Origin: Gammaproteobacteria bacterium | Lineage (GTDB): Bacteria > Pseudomonadota > Gammaproteobacteria > Steroidobacterales > Rariloculaceae | DNA length: 64,000 bases | Reading direction: 5' to 3' | Assembly: GCA_963581225.1 (NCBI GenBank) | Contig: CAUZMW010000001.1 | Span: 3,405-67,404 of the forward strand | Part shown: one piece after another, positions 1 through 8,578 of the stretch | Layout of the letters: every line of letters begins with the position of its first letter | How positions within the stretch are numbered: the stretch's first letter is position 1 | Notes under the pieces: model-generated | What the model was told of the DNA's origin: nothing | What the model saw: only the letters and a program-made list of their open reading frames with translations | Database searches by the model: none | Position numbers and translations under genes: made by a program

Positions 1-985
1 GCGAACTACGGGAGTGGATGACATGGGCCACGAGCTCCTTGCCGACGCCGGATTCACCCTGAATCAAGACGCTGGCCGAAGTCTGCGCGACGGCCTCCAG
101 GTGTGTCAGCATTTTCTTCAATGCCTGACTCTCACCGATAATACGGCCGAAGTTCATCGACACCTGAACTTCCTCCCGAAGATAATCGCGCTCTCGCTCC
201 AATTCCTCTCGCAAGCGCGCGTTCTCCTCGAACGCCGCCCGTAGCTGTCTTTCGGCACGGTTTCTGTCGGTGACGTCTTTTAGCGCCACATAAAGGTAAG
301 TGACCTCACCGTTCTCGTCGCGGTCGGCCCGCGCTGACACCAGTGCCTCGATCTCTTCACCATCCCTGGTTAAATAATTTCTAGGCGCGTTATCGAGCTC
401 GCCCTGAGCGATGATGTTCTCGAGCGAGCGTCGATCGGGATTCTCGACGGAGTCCGCTGCCATAAAGTCGGCGATATTGCGGCCGATCACCTCTTCACGA
501 CGATAGCCGAGTTTCGTCAACCAGCGATCGCTGACGTACACGATCCGGCCTTCACTATCCACGGTATGCAACATAGCCGGCGTGTCTCTGTAGAGATCGC
601 GGTAGTGCTGCTCGATGCGCGCTTCCGCTCCGATCTCCGTGTACACGGCCACGGTGAGCACGTAGTCGCCACTATCCTCTTCCCACTCGACGACGGCATT
701 CGCAAGGCAGGCAACGGTCTCGCCGGCCTTGGTCACCAGGTCGATCGGCACATCGGTTAGACAACCGACGCGGCGTAACAGCGGCATGTAGTCCTCGACG
801 ATGCGCCGAGCGGACTCGGGGCTACTGAGATCCTGTGGACGCAGAGCGGCCAACTCGTCCCTACCGTATCCAAAGCGTGTGAGCCACGCGTCGCTGGCAT
901 CCAGGATTAAGCCGTCCTGATCGAGCGACACGGACAGCGCCGGGCTCTTACGGAACAACCGCTGGTAACGATTCTCGGAAGACAT
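1..985 (-). CDS. sigma-54-dependent transcriptional activator (enhancer-binding protein) with two N-terminal PAS domains. Partial: the rest of the AAA+ domain and the HTH lie beyond the window start.
   Basis: Absent from the ORF track because it runs off the edge. Reverse translation from the ATG (complement of 983-985) gives MSSENRYQRLFRKSPALSVSLDQDG... A second PAS-like block reads DLYRDTPAMLHTVDSEGRIVYVSDRWLTKLGYRREEVIGRNIADF. It is followed by IIGESQALKKMLTHLEAVAQTSASVLIQGESGVGKELVAHVIH, the start of a sigma-54 interaction domain with Walker A GESGVGKE. Confidence 0.85.
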   Translation of the reverse strand, partial: MSSENRYQRLFRKSPALSVSLDQDGLILDASDAWLTRFGYGRDELAALRPQDLSSPESARRIVEDYMPLLRRVGCLTDVPIDLVTKAGETVACLANAVVEWEEDSGDYVLTVAVYTEIGAEARIEQHYRDLYRDTPAMLHTVDSEGRIVYVSDRWLTKLGYRREEVIGRNIADFMAADSVENPDRRSLENIIAQGELDNAPRNYLTRDGEEIEALVSARADRDENGEVTYLYVALKDVTDRNRAERQLRAAFEENARLREELERERDYLREEVQVSMNFGRIIGESQALKKMLTHLEAVAQTSASVLIQGESGVGKELVAHVIHSRSS

Positions 986-996
986 AATACGAATTT

Positions 997-1049
997 ACGG
1001 ATATCCGTGATATTTTTCAACGGTATTCCGTATTTTAACGGATATCCGT
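997..1049. promoter_or_regulatory. Candidate enhancer (UAS): three copies of the palindrome ACGGATATCCGT
   Basis: Perfect 12-bp palindromes at 997-1008 and 1038-1049, both followed by GA. A degenerate copy ACGGTATTCCGT lies at 1020-1031. The sites sit in an AT-rich gap between the divergent activator and the small ORF. Confidence 0.5.
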
Positions 1050-1094
1050 GACATAATTATTCCGTAACACATTGTTTTTATTAATTTAACAAGT

Positions 1095-1110
1095 TGGCAC
1101 GGCATATGCA
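1095..1110 (+). promoter_or_regulatory. sigma-54 (-24/-12) promoter
   Basis: TGGCACGgcatATGCA compared with the consensus TGGCACG-N4-TTGCW: GG/GC spacing is correct and there is one mismatch in the -12 element. It lies 72 bp upstream of the ATG at 1182 and 45 bp downstream of the palindromes. Confidence 0.6.
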
Positions 1111-1181
1111 TTGTATGAAGCATCACGTGATTCCATCTTGAGCTATTTTTTCGGAATCTCGGCAACTTAAGGACGAAGACG

Positions 1182-1472
1182 ATGTTGTACAGACTACTAC
1201 AAATTACCTCATTGGCACGCCTCGGGACCGCTCTGGCGATCGTATCCCTCGGAGTAATCAGTGCACCGCTGGCCGCGATGGAAGAGATCACCGTTACCGG
1301 TGATCAAGCAGCCGCGAGTATCCGCGCAGATGACGCGCGCTTTCGGGCCGAAATGAACCAGTTCGTCAAGACTGTCGAGCTGCGGTTCAAAGCGGATCTG
1401 GCGTTCGATCTCAAGCAGTCGGTGACACCGCCGCTAAGGCTGGCGGGCTCACTCGCCAGCAATCGCGGCTAA
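1182..1472 (+). CDS. small secreted hypothetical protein (96 aa)
   Basis: Track ORF. AAGGA lies about 12 nt upstream of the ATG. The N-terminal signal peptide reads ...LGTALAIVSLGVISAPLAA/MEE. It sits directly downstream of the sigma-54 promoter. No family recognised. Confidence 0.5.
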   Translation: MLYRLLQITSLARLGTALAIVSLGVISAPLAAMEEITVTGDQAAASIRADDARFRAEMNQFVKTVELRFKADLAFDLKQSVTPPLRLAGSLASNRG

Positions 1473-1657
1473 CAGCCGATTGACGGCGGCCACACGGCAA
1501 TCTCCCCCTCGCCGACAGTGTGGCCAAGCCTCGCCGGGAGGCACTTTTGGGGGCCGGGGTTATCGCCCGGCGCGCATTGGAATTATGGGTAGTATCGGAG
1601 TTAAGGATGTCCGGCCCTGGCCCCCATTTTTTTTACCAGCCACTATCGACCAGAAGT

Positions 1658-2995
1658 CTATCCGGCCGTGAACTCCAGCCGCCGGCCCTGCGGTTCATCA
1701 CGCAGTAATCCGTCGCGGAAGACGATTTCGCCGTTCACGATCGTCACCACAATACTCGAACTGAACGTTAGTCCTTCGAGCGGCGACCAAGCACATTTAT
1801 AGCGCACACTCTCTGGCGTAACGTCGTACGGCTGCTCGAGATCGACGATCACGAGATCCGCATAGTAGCTCTCACGCAGAAAGCCCCGCTCGACGACACC
1901 AAACAATAGCGCGGGATTATGCGCGGCCTTCGTGACGACCCGTTCCAAACTGAAAACACCATCGTGGTATTGCTGCAGCAACATCTGGAGTGAATGCTGG
2001 ACGAGGGGCAGGCCGGCCGGCGCCTGAAAATAAGCCTGCTCTTTTTCTTCTCGGGTATGCGGCGCGTGATCGGTCGCGATCACATCGATCAGATCGTTCT
2101 GGACGCCGCGAATCAGCCCTTGCCGGTCCGCTGCCGTCTTTATCGCCGGGTTACATTTAATACGCGCACCCTGATCCGCATAATTGGACTCGTCAAACCA
2201 CAGGTGGTGGACACAGACTTCTGCGGTGATGTGCTTGGACTCGATCGGACCGCGAGCAAATAAATCCAACTCGCGCACCGTTGTCAGGTGCAGGACATGC
2301 AGCCGGGTATCGTGGCGTTGCGCGAGTTCCACCGCTAACGATGAGGACTTGAAGCACGCCTCCGCTGAACGTATCTCGGGATGCGCGCTCATCGGCACAT
2401 CCTCGCCATAGCGTTGCCGAAAGCGCTCTTCATTGGCGCGGATCGTTGGCGTGTCCTCGCAATGCGTCGCAACCAGCAACGACGCGTCCGAAAATATTCT
2501 CTCCAGGGTATCGTGGTCGTCCACGAGCATGTTGCCGGTCGAGGCACCCATAAAGACCTTGATGCCGCAGGCGTCTGCAGATGTGACGCGCCGGATCTCC
2601 TCGATATTGTCGTTCGTCGCGCCGAGGTAGAAGGCGTAGTTCGCGAAGCTGCGGCCGGCGGCCCGCGCGTACTTTTCCGCAAGCGCCGAGCGGTCCGTCG
2701 TCGCCGGGCTCGTGTTAGGCATCTCCAGAAAACTCGTGACGCCGCCGCAGATCGCGGCGCGAGACTCGCTGGGAATGGTCGCTTTATGCGTCAGACCTGG
2801 TTCCCGTAGATGCACTTGATCGTCGATCAACCCCGGCAAGATATGGCGCCCCTGCGCATCGATCACCTCATCCGCAGCGCTTGCCAACAGGCCCGTATCG
2901 ATTCTCTCGATACGGTCACCGTTAATCAGGATATCGGACTCGAAGATTCGCCCCTCGTTTACGAGCGTGCCGTTGACGATTAAGGTCTTACTCAC
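1658..2995 (-). CDS. dihydroorotase-type cyclic amidohydrolase (445 aa)
   Basis: Motifs seen: DDQVHLREPGLTHKATIPSESRAAICGGVTSFLEMPNT, KVFMGASTGN (carbamylated-Lys context), ATHCED and ATDHAPH. This resembles the long dihydroorotase class. The first His of the usual HxH pair is Gln here (QVH). The 4-nt overlap with pip suggests an operon. Confidence 0.7.
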   Translation of the reverse strand: MSKTLIVNGTLVNEGRIFESDILINGDRIERIDTGLLASAADEVIDAQGRHILPGLIDDQVHLREPGLTHKATIPSESRAAICGGVTSFLEMPNTSPATTDRSALAEKYARAAGRSFANYAFYLGATNDNIEEIRRVTSADACGIKVFMGASTGNMLVDDHDTLERIFSDASLLVATHCEDTPTIRANEERFRQRYGEDVPMSAHPEIRSAEACFKSSSLAVELAQRHDTRLHVLHLTTVRELDLFARGPIESKHITAEVCVHHLWFDESNYADQGARIKCNPAIKTAADRQGLIRGVQNDLIDVIATDHAPHTREEKEQAYFQAPAGLPLVQHSLQMLLQQYHDGVFSLERVVTKAAHNPALLFGVVERGFLRESYYADLVIVDLEQPYDVTPESVRYKCAWSPLEGLTFSSSIVVTIVNGEIVFRDGLLRDEPQGRRLEFTAG

Positions 2996-3942
2996 TTCAG
3001 GAATCCGTCCGTCGCGTTGATGAGTTCATCTATGATGCCCGGTTCATAGGCTGAGTGGCCGGCATTGTCGACGAGCCGAAAATTCGCCTCCGGCCAGCGG
3101 CCGGCAAGTTCCCAGGCCGTTTCCATTGGACAAACGACATCATAGCGACCTTGTACGATTACGGCGGGAATATGGCGAATACGATCCACACCGTCGAGCA
3201 GTTGATCCTCGCTTGCAAAAAATCCCGCATTGACAAAGTAATGCGTCTCGATTCGCGCTAACGCAATGGCGAAATCGAGTTGCTCGAACGGCAGCGTGTG
3301 TGCGGGGTCCGGAAGCAAATGGCTCGTCGCGCCTTCCCAATATGACCAGGCATGCGCCGCGGCAAGCTTGGCCTCCTCATCATCGCCCAGCAGCCGCCGA
3401 TGATAGGCTCCGAGGAGATCGCTCCGTTCGTCGACGGGGATCGGCGCCAGGAAACGCTCCCACTGGTCCGGGAACAACACGCTGGCCCCGTGTTGATAGA
3501 ACCAGTTGAGCTCCTGCTTGCGCAATAAAAATATCCCGCGTACGACCAACTCGCTGACCACGTCTGGATGCGCCTCGGCGTACGCCAATGAGAGCGTGCT
3601 GCCCCAAGATCCGCCAAACACGAGCCATTGCTTGATCCCCAACAGCGTTCGCAGGCGCTCCATATCGGCAATCAGATGCGCGGTCGTATTGTCCGTCAAC
3701 GACGCCGCCGGGCGGCTGCGGCCTGCGCCGCGTTGGTCGAAGACGACGATTCGATAGCGCCGCGGATCGAAGAACCGGCGCGCGCCTGTATCGCCACCGC
3801 CGCCAGGCCCACCGTGTACGAACACGGCTGGCTTGCCGTCCTCGTTACCGCACTGTTCGTAATAGACAGCATGCTCGCCGTCCAGCGGCAGATAGCCCTG
3901 ATCGTAGGGTTCCAGCGCGGGATAGAGCGTGCGTAGCGTCAC
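2992..3942 (-). CDS. pip: prolyl aminopeptidase (proline iminopeptidase)
   Basis: MTLRTLYPALEPYDQGYLPLDGEHAVYYEQCGNEDGKPAVFVHGGPGGG plus the nucleophile elbow GGSWGSTL are classic for the Pip family. Confidence 0.9.
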   Translation of the reverse strand: MTLRTLYPALEPYDQGYLPLDGEHAVYYEQCGNEDGKPAVFVHGGPGGGGDTGARRFFDPRRYRIVVFDQRGAGRSRPAASLTDNTTAHLIADMERLRTLLGIKQWLVFGGSWGSTLSLAYAEAHPDVVSELVVRGIFLLRKQELNWFYQHGASVLFPDQWERFLAPIPVDERSDLLGAYHRRLLGDDEEAKLAAAHAWSYWEGATSHLLPDPAHTLPFEQLDFAIALARIETHYFVNAGFFASEDQLLDGVDRIRHIPAVIVQGRYDVVCPMETAWELAGRWPEANFRLVDNAGHSAYEPGIIDELINATDGFLK

Positions 3943-4020
3943 CAGCCCTTGGCCGCCTTTCGTAGAAGGCGCCTGACTCGTTGCTCTATACTCCTACATT
4001 CGATCGTCTTGAGTGAGTCC

Positions 4021-6849
4021 ATGAACTCTCTGCGCAACCTGGTTCTCCCGCTCAGCCTCTGCGCTCTGGCAGCCTGTGAACAACAGGATGCCATTTCTCC
4101 GGCCGGCGATGCCAGCGCCGTCGTGTTGAACCGCGGCAATGGCGGCGAGCCCAGCACACTGATGTTCGCCTCCGCGCTCGTGGCGCAGGACGATCTGAAT
4201 ATTCCTTTCGAGGAGTTCACGCTCGAGAATGGTCTGCGCGTCATCGTGCATGAGGATCACAAGGCGCCAATCATCGCGACCAACCTCTGGTACCACGTCG
4301 GCTCCAAGAATGAGAACCCGGGCAAGACTGGCTTCGCCCATTTATTCGAACATCTGATGTTCAACGGCACAGAGAATTACGACGACGAGTATTTCGGGCC
4401 GTTCCAGGAAGTGGGCGCGACGAACATGAACGGCACAACCAATACAGACCGGACGAACTACTACCAGACCGTGCCCACGTCGGCGCTCGATCTCGCGCTG
4501 TGGATGGAGTCGGACCGTATGGGCCACCTGTTGGGTGTTATCACTCAGGAAAGGCTCGATGAACAACGCGGCGTCGTCCAGAACGAGAAACGCCAGGGCG
4601 AAAATCAACCGTACGGCAAAGCGTTCGACTACATCACCGCGAATGTATTCCCCCCGGGGCACCCGTATTCGTGGACAACGATCGGTTCGATGGAAGATCT
4701 CAACGCGGCCAGCCTGGAGGACGTCCAGGAGTGGTTTGCCACCTACTACGGTCCGAACAACGCCACGCTGGTCTTGGCCGGCGACATCGATGTCGCTACG
4801 GCCAGAGAGAAAACCGAGCTCTACTTCGGCGATATCCCACCCGGGCCACCGCTGGCACGGCTGGAGACCTGGATCCCGACGATCCTCCACGACCGCCGTA
4901 TGGTCGTGGAGGATCGCGTTCCACAGGCACGCATCTACAAGACCTGGTCCGCGCCTGAATGGGGAAGTCTCGACTCCGAGTGGCTGTCGCTCGCCGGCTC
5001 GATCCTCGGCGACGGTAGAAATTCACGTCTCTATCAGCGCCTCGTCTATGACGAGCAGATCGCGACCGACGTCGGCGTTTATGCGCTATCGGACGAGATT
5101 GCCGGTAGCTTCTTGGTCTATGCGACGGCCCAGCCGGGTCAGGATCTGGCCGAAGTCGAGAGATTGCTCGATGAGGAACTCGCGCGATTTCTCGAAGACG
5201 GACCGAGCCGCAAGGAGCTATCGCGAGTCGTGACAGAGACGCGGGCGAGTTTTATTCGGGTAATGGAGCGCATCAGTGGCAAAGCCAGCATCCTCGTTGA
5301 GGGAGCCGTATTCGGTGGCCGGCCGGATGCGTATCAGGACTCGCTTGCGATTATGGACAGCGCCGAGCCCGGCGATCTTCGCGACGCGGCACGTGTATGG
5401 CTGTCCCAGCCTGCATTTACGCTCGAGATACATCCGTTCGCAGGTAACCTCGTGGCGTCGGCGGAGGCAGCCGACCGCTCGTCACTACCGTTCCCGGAAA
5501 CGTTCCCGCAGGCCGAGTTCCCGGAATTGCAGATCGGTGAACTGTCTAACGGCATTCGCGTGATCGTCGCGACCCGCGATGCGGTACCGGTCATTCATAT
5601 GAGCCTGCAAGTGGACTCAGGCTACGCCGCCGATCAATTCTCCAAACCCGGCGCAGCGGGACTGACGATCGACATGCTGGAAGAGGGCACCACCAGCCGC
5701 GATGCGTTAGAGATCAGCGAGGAACTCGCCGAGCTCGGTGCGGACCTGCGAACCGGAGCCAACCTGGACTACGCGTTCGTCAGCCTGTCAGCGTTGACGG
5801 AAAATCTCGAAGCGTCGATGGATATCTACGGTGATGTGATTCTTAACCCAGCGTTCCCGCAGTCCGGACTCGATCGCCTGAAGAGATTAACTATCGCCGC
5901 TATCCAGCGCGAGAAGACGACACCCGTCAGCATGGCGCTGCGAATATTCCCGCAACTCATCTACGGTGAAGGCCACGCTTACTCTCTGCCGATGACCGGA
6001 TCAGGCACCGAGGCCTCGATCAACGCATTAGAGACTGCTGACTTGGTCGACTTTCACTCGACCTGGTTCCGGCCGAATAACGCGACGATGATCGTCGTCG
6101 GCGATACAAATCTGGCGGAAATAACCCCACACCTGGAAGCATTGTTCGAGGACTGGGCGCCGAGCGACATCCCGGAGAAGACCATCCCGGCCGTGACGCT
6201 CCCGGAGCAAACGAGAGTCGTCCTGATCGACCGGCCCGGGTCGGAGCAGAGCTTCATCATCGCCGGCCATATCATGACCCCGAAGTCCGACGAGCGTGAA
6301 CTCGCGATTCAGTCCATGAACTTTAGCTTCGGCGGCAGTTTCACCTCCCGCGTCAATATGAATCTGCGCGAGGATAAGGCGTGGTCCTACGGTGTCCGCT
6401 CCGTCATCATCGACACGATGAGACAGCGCCCGTTCATTACTTATGCGCCGGTCCAGACCGACAAGACGGCCGCGTCGATGCTCGAACTCGACCGTGAATT
6501 TCGTGAGATCAGAACCAGCCGCCCCATCAGTGAAGAAGAGGTTAACACGAGCAAGCGCCAGGACACGCTGAGACTCCCAGGCCGCTGGGAGACTGCACGC
6601 GCGGTCATGAACGACATCGCCGAGATCGTGCGCTTCGGACTGCCGGAGGACTACTGGCGCGGATACGCGGATCTCGTGGCAGCCGTGGACGTTGCTGAGG
6701 TTAATGCCGCCGCGCGGGACCTCCTCGCGCCGGACAGCCTGACCTGGGTGGTCGTCGGCGATCTGGCGTTAATTGAAGCCGATATCCGCGCGCTCAACCT
6801 CGGCCCCATCGAACTCATGGATGCTGACGGCAATCTGCTGGGCAATTGA
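4021..6849 (+). CDS. M16 (pitrilysin/insulinase) family zinc peptidase, double-unit, lipoprotein
   Basis: HxxEH zinc motif in GFAHLFEHLMFNGTENY. A second inactive M16 unit occupies the C-terminal half. Start moved from the track's 3949 to the Met at 4021, which begins a lipobox signal peptide MNSLRNLVLPLSLCALAAC. Confidence 0.85.
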   Translation: MNSLRNLVLPLSLCALAACEQQDAISPAGDASAVVLNRGNGGEPSTLMFASALVAQDDLNIPFEEFTLENGLRVIVHEDHKAPIIATNLWYHVGSKNENPGKTGFAHLFEHLMFNGTENYDDEYFGPFQEVGATNMNGTTNTDRTNYYQTVPTSALDLALWMESDRMGHLLGVITQERLDEQRGVVQNEKRQGENQPYGKAFDYITANVFPPGHPYSWTTIGSMEDLNAASLEDVQEWFATYYGPNNATLVLAGDIDVATAREKTELYFGDIPPGPPLARLETWIPTILHDRRMVVEDRVPQARIYKTWSAPEWGSLDSEWLSLAGSILGDGRNSRLYQRLVYDEQIATDVGVYALSDEIAGSFLVYATAQPGQDLAEVERLLDEELARFLEDGPSRKELSRVVTETRASFIRVMERISGKASILVEGAVFGGRPDAYQDSLAIMDSAEPGDLRDAARVWLSQPAFTLEIHPFAGNLVASAEAADRSSLPFPETFPQAEFPELQIGELSNGIRVIVATRDAVPVIHMSLQVDSGYAADQFSKPGAAGLTIDMLEEGTTSRDALEISEELAELGADLRTGANLDYAFVSLSALTENLEASMDIYGDVILNPAFPQSGLDRLKRLTIAAIQREKTTPVSMALRIFPQLIYGEGHAYSLPMTGSGTEASINALETADLVDFHSTWFRPNNATMIVVGDTNLAEITPHLEALFEDWAPSDIPEKTIPAVTLPEQTRVVLIDRPGSEQSFIIAGHIMTPKSDERELAIQSMNFSFGGSFTSRVNMNLREDKAWSYGVRSVIIDTMRQRPFITYAPVQTDKTAASMLELDREFREIRTSRPISEEEVNTSKRQDTLRLPGRWETARAVMNDIAEIVRFGLPEDYWRGYADLVAAVDVAEVNAAARDLLAPDSLTWVVVGDLALIEADIRALNLGPIELMDADGNLLGN

Positions 6850-6904
6850 CCGAAGAATCGCGACCGGGCGATGGGCCGCGACTAACGAGAGAACAGGAGT
6901 AGCG

Positions 6905-7840
6905 ATGATCAACTGCCAGAATTTGACCAAACGTTATGGTCCACTGCTCGCAGTTGATGACTTGAGCTTTCAGGTGGCGCCGGGAGAAGTCCTCGGCTTC
7001 CTTGGGCCCAACGGTGCCGGCAAAAGCACGACGATGAGAATCCTTGCTGGCTTCCTTCCGGCGACATCGGGCAGCGCGACAGTCTGCGGATTCGATGTGG
7101 ACACGCACGGTACGGCTGCCAAACGCCGTATCGGCTATCTCCCAGAGGGCGCGCCGAGCTATCCGGAGATGTCGCCACGATCGTTTCTTGAATTTGTCGC
7201 CGACGTCAGAGAGCTCAAAGGAACTCACCGAGCGAACCGCCTCGCTGAGGTCTATGGACTCCTGCATCTAGAGCCGGTGCTGGAGCAGACGATCGATACG
7301 CTATCCAAGGGTTATAAACGTCGAGTCGGGCTGGCCCAGGCGATCTTGCACGACCCCGAAGTCCTGATCCTGGATGAGCCGACCGATGGCCTCGACCCGA
7401 ATCAGAAACATGAGGTGCGTCAGCTCATCAATCAGATGTCGCAGAACAAGATCATCGTGATCTCTACGCATCTGCTCGAAGAAGTCGACGCGGTATGCAA
7501 TCGCGCGATTATCATCGCCCACGGTCGAATCCTTGCCGACGACACACCTGAGAAACTCGAAGCACGCTCTCGATTCCACAACGCCGTGTCGTTGAAACTC
7601 GTCAATCGCTCGCAACTCGATGAAGTACGCGGCGGTATTGCGGCCTTGTCGGAGGTCGATGCGATCGAGATTGACAGCCACTCGGAACGACTCACGGCAT
7701 TCCCGGCAGACGGTCAAATGCCGTTGGGCGCCATCACCGAACTCGCCACCGCCAAGGGTTGGGACTTCTCCGAGCTTCATCTCGAGTCGGGCCGCCTGGA
7801 TGAAGTCTTCCGCACGATCACCGGCGGAGCCAGCGCATGA
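6905..7840 (+). CDS. ABC transporter ATP-binding protein (GldA-like, ABC-2 type)
   Basis: MINCQNLTKRYG...GFLGPNGAGKSTTMRIL (Walker A), LSKGYKRRVGLA (signature) and ILDEPTDGLD (Walker B). Start moved from 6773 to 6905 to remove the overlap with the upstream peptidase. Confidence 0.85.
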   Translation: MINCQNLTKRYGPLLAVDDLSFQVAPGEVLGFLGPNGAGKSTTMRILAGFLPATSGSATVCGFDVDTHGTAAKRRIGYLPEGAPSYPEMSPRSFLEFVADVRELKGTHRANRLAEVYGLLHLEPVLEQTIDTLSKGYKRRVGLAQAILHDPEVLILDEPTDGLDPNQKHEVRQLINQMSQNKIIVISTHLLEEVDAVCNRAIIIAHGRILADDTPEKLEARSRFHNAVSLKLVNRSQLDEVRGGIAALSEVDAIEIDSHSERLTAFPADGQMPLGAITELATAKGWDFSELHLESGRLDEVFRTITGGASA

Positions 7841-8571
7841 ACGCCATGCTGGCAATCATGCGCCGCGAGCTCAGGAGTTACTTCCTGACGCCGGTCGCCT
7901 ATGTCTTCATCGTGATCTTTCTTGTCTTGACGAGCACGTTTACTTTTTATCTTGGTGGGTTCTACGAGCGCGGCCAGGCGGATCTAGCGCCGTTTTTCAA
8001 TTTTCATCCCTGGCTCTATCTGTTTCTGGTGCCCGCATTGAGCATGCGCCTGTGGGCAGAGGAACGTAAGTCCGGCAGTATCGAGTTGCTGATGACACTC
8101 CCGGTCGAGATCTGGCAGGCCGTTACCGGCAAATTTCTGGCTGCCTGGGCGTTTACCGGACTGGCACTCGCCCTGACATTTCCGATCTGGATTACTGTTA
8201 ACTACCTTGGCGATCCTGACAACGGCGTGATAATTGCCGCGTATATCGGCAGCCTGTTGATGGCGGGCGGCTTTCTGGCGGTCGGTTCCTGCATTTCCGC
8301 GGCGACGAAAAATCAGGTCATTGCATTCATTCTCGCCGTCGTCGCCTGTTTCCTGCTTCTGCTCGCCGGGTTTCCCCTGGTATTGGACATCTTTTCCGCC
8401 TGGGCGCCGCAGGCGTTGGTGGACGCGATCGCAAGCCTGAGCTTCCTGACGCACTTCTCGAGTATCAGCAAAGGCGTCATCGATCTTCGGGATCTCGTCT
8501 ACTTCGGCCTGTTGATCGGCGTCATGTTGTACGCCAACTCGATCGTCCTACAATTAAAGAAGGCGGATTGA
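7837..8571 (+). CDS. ABC-2 type transporter permease (GldF-like)
   Basis: 244-aa polytopic membrane protein. The 4-nt overlap with the ATPase gene indicates translational coupling. Confidence 0.8.
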   Translation: MNAMLAIMRRELRSYFLTPVAYVFIVIFLVLTSTFTFYLGGFYERGQADLAPFFNFHPWLYLFLVPALSMRLWAEERKSGSIELLMTLPVEIWQAVTGKFLAAWAFTGLALALTFPIWITVNYLGDPDNGVIIAAYIGSLLMAGGFLAVGSCISAATKNQVIAFILAVVACFLLLLAGFPLVLDIFSAWAPQALVDAIASLSFLTHFSSISKGVIDLRDLVYFGLLIGVMLYANSIVLQLKKAD

Positions 8572-8578
8572 CAATCTC

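Noticed and set aside
1546-1634. Intrinsic terminator: a T8 run at 1627-1634 preceded by GGCCCCCA, which can pair with TGGGGGCC about 60 nt upstream.
   Set aside because: - There is no compact GC hairpin directly adjacent to the T run, and the pairing is long-range.
- It could be a structured 3' UTR, but I cannot support a terminator call.
1658-2995. Interpreting the Gln-for-His change (DDQVH instead of DxHxH) as evidence for an inactive PyrC'-like dihydroorotase.
   Set aside because: - The other metal and catalytic motifs are intact (the KVFMG lysine, HCED, DHAPH).
- I recall the same QVH variant in apparently functional long-type dihydroorotases.
- The evidence is insufficient to call the enzyme inactive.
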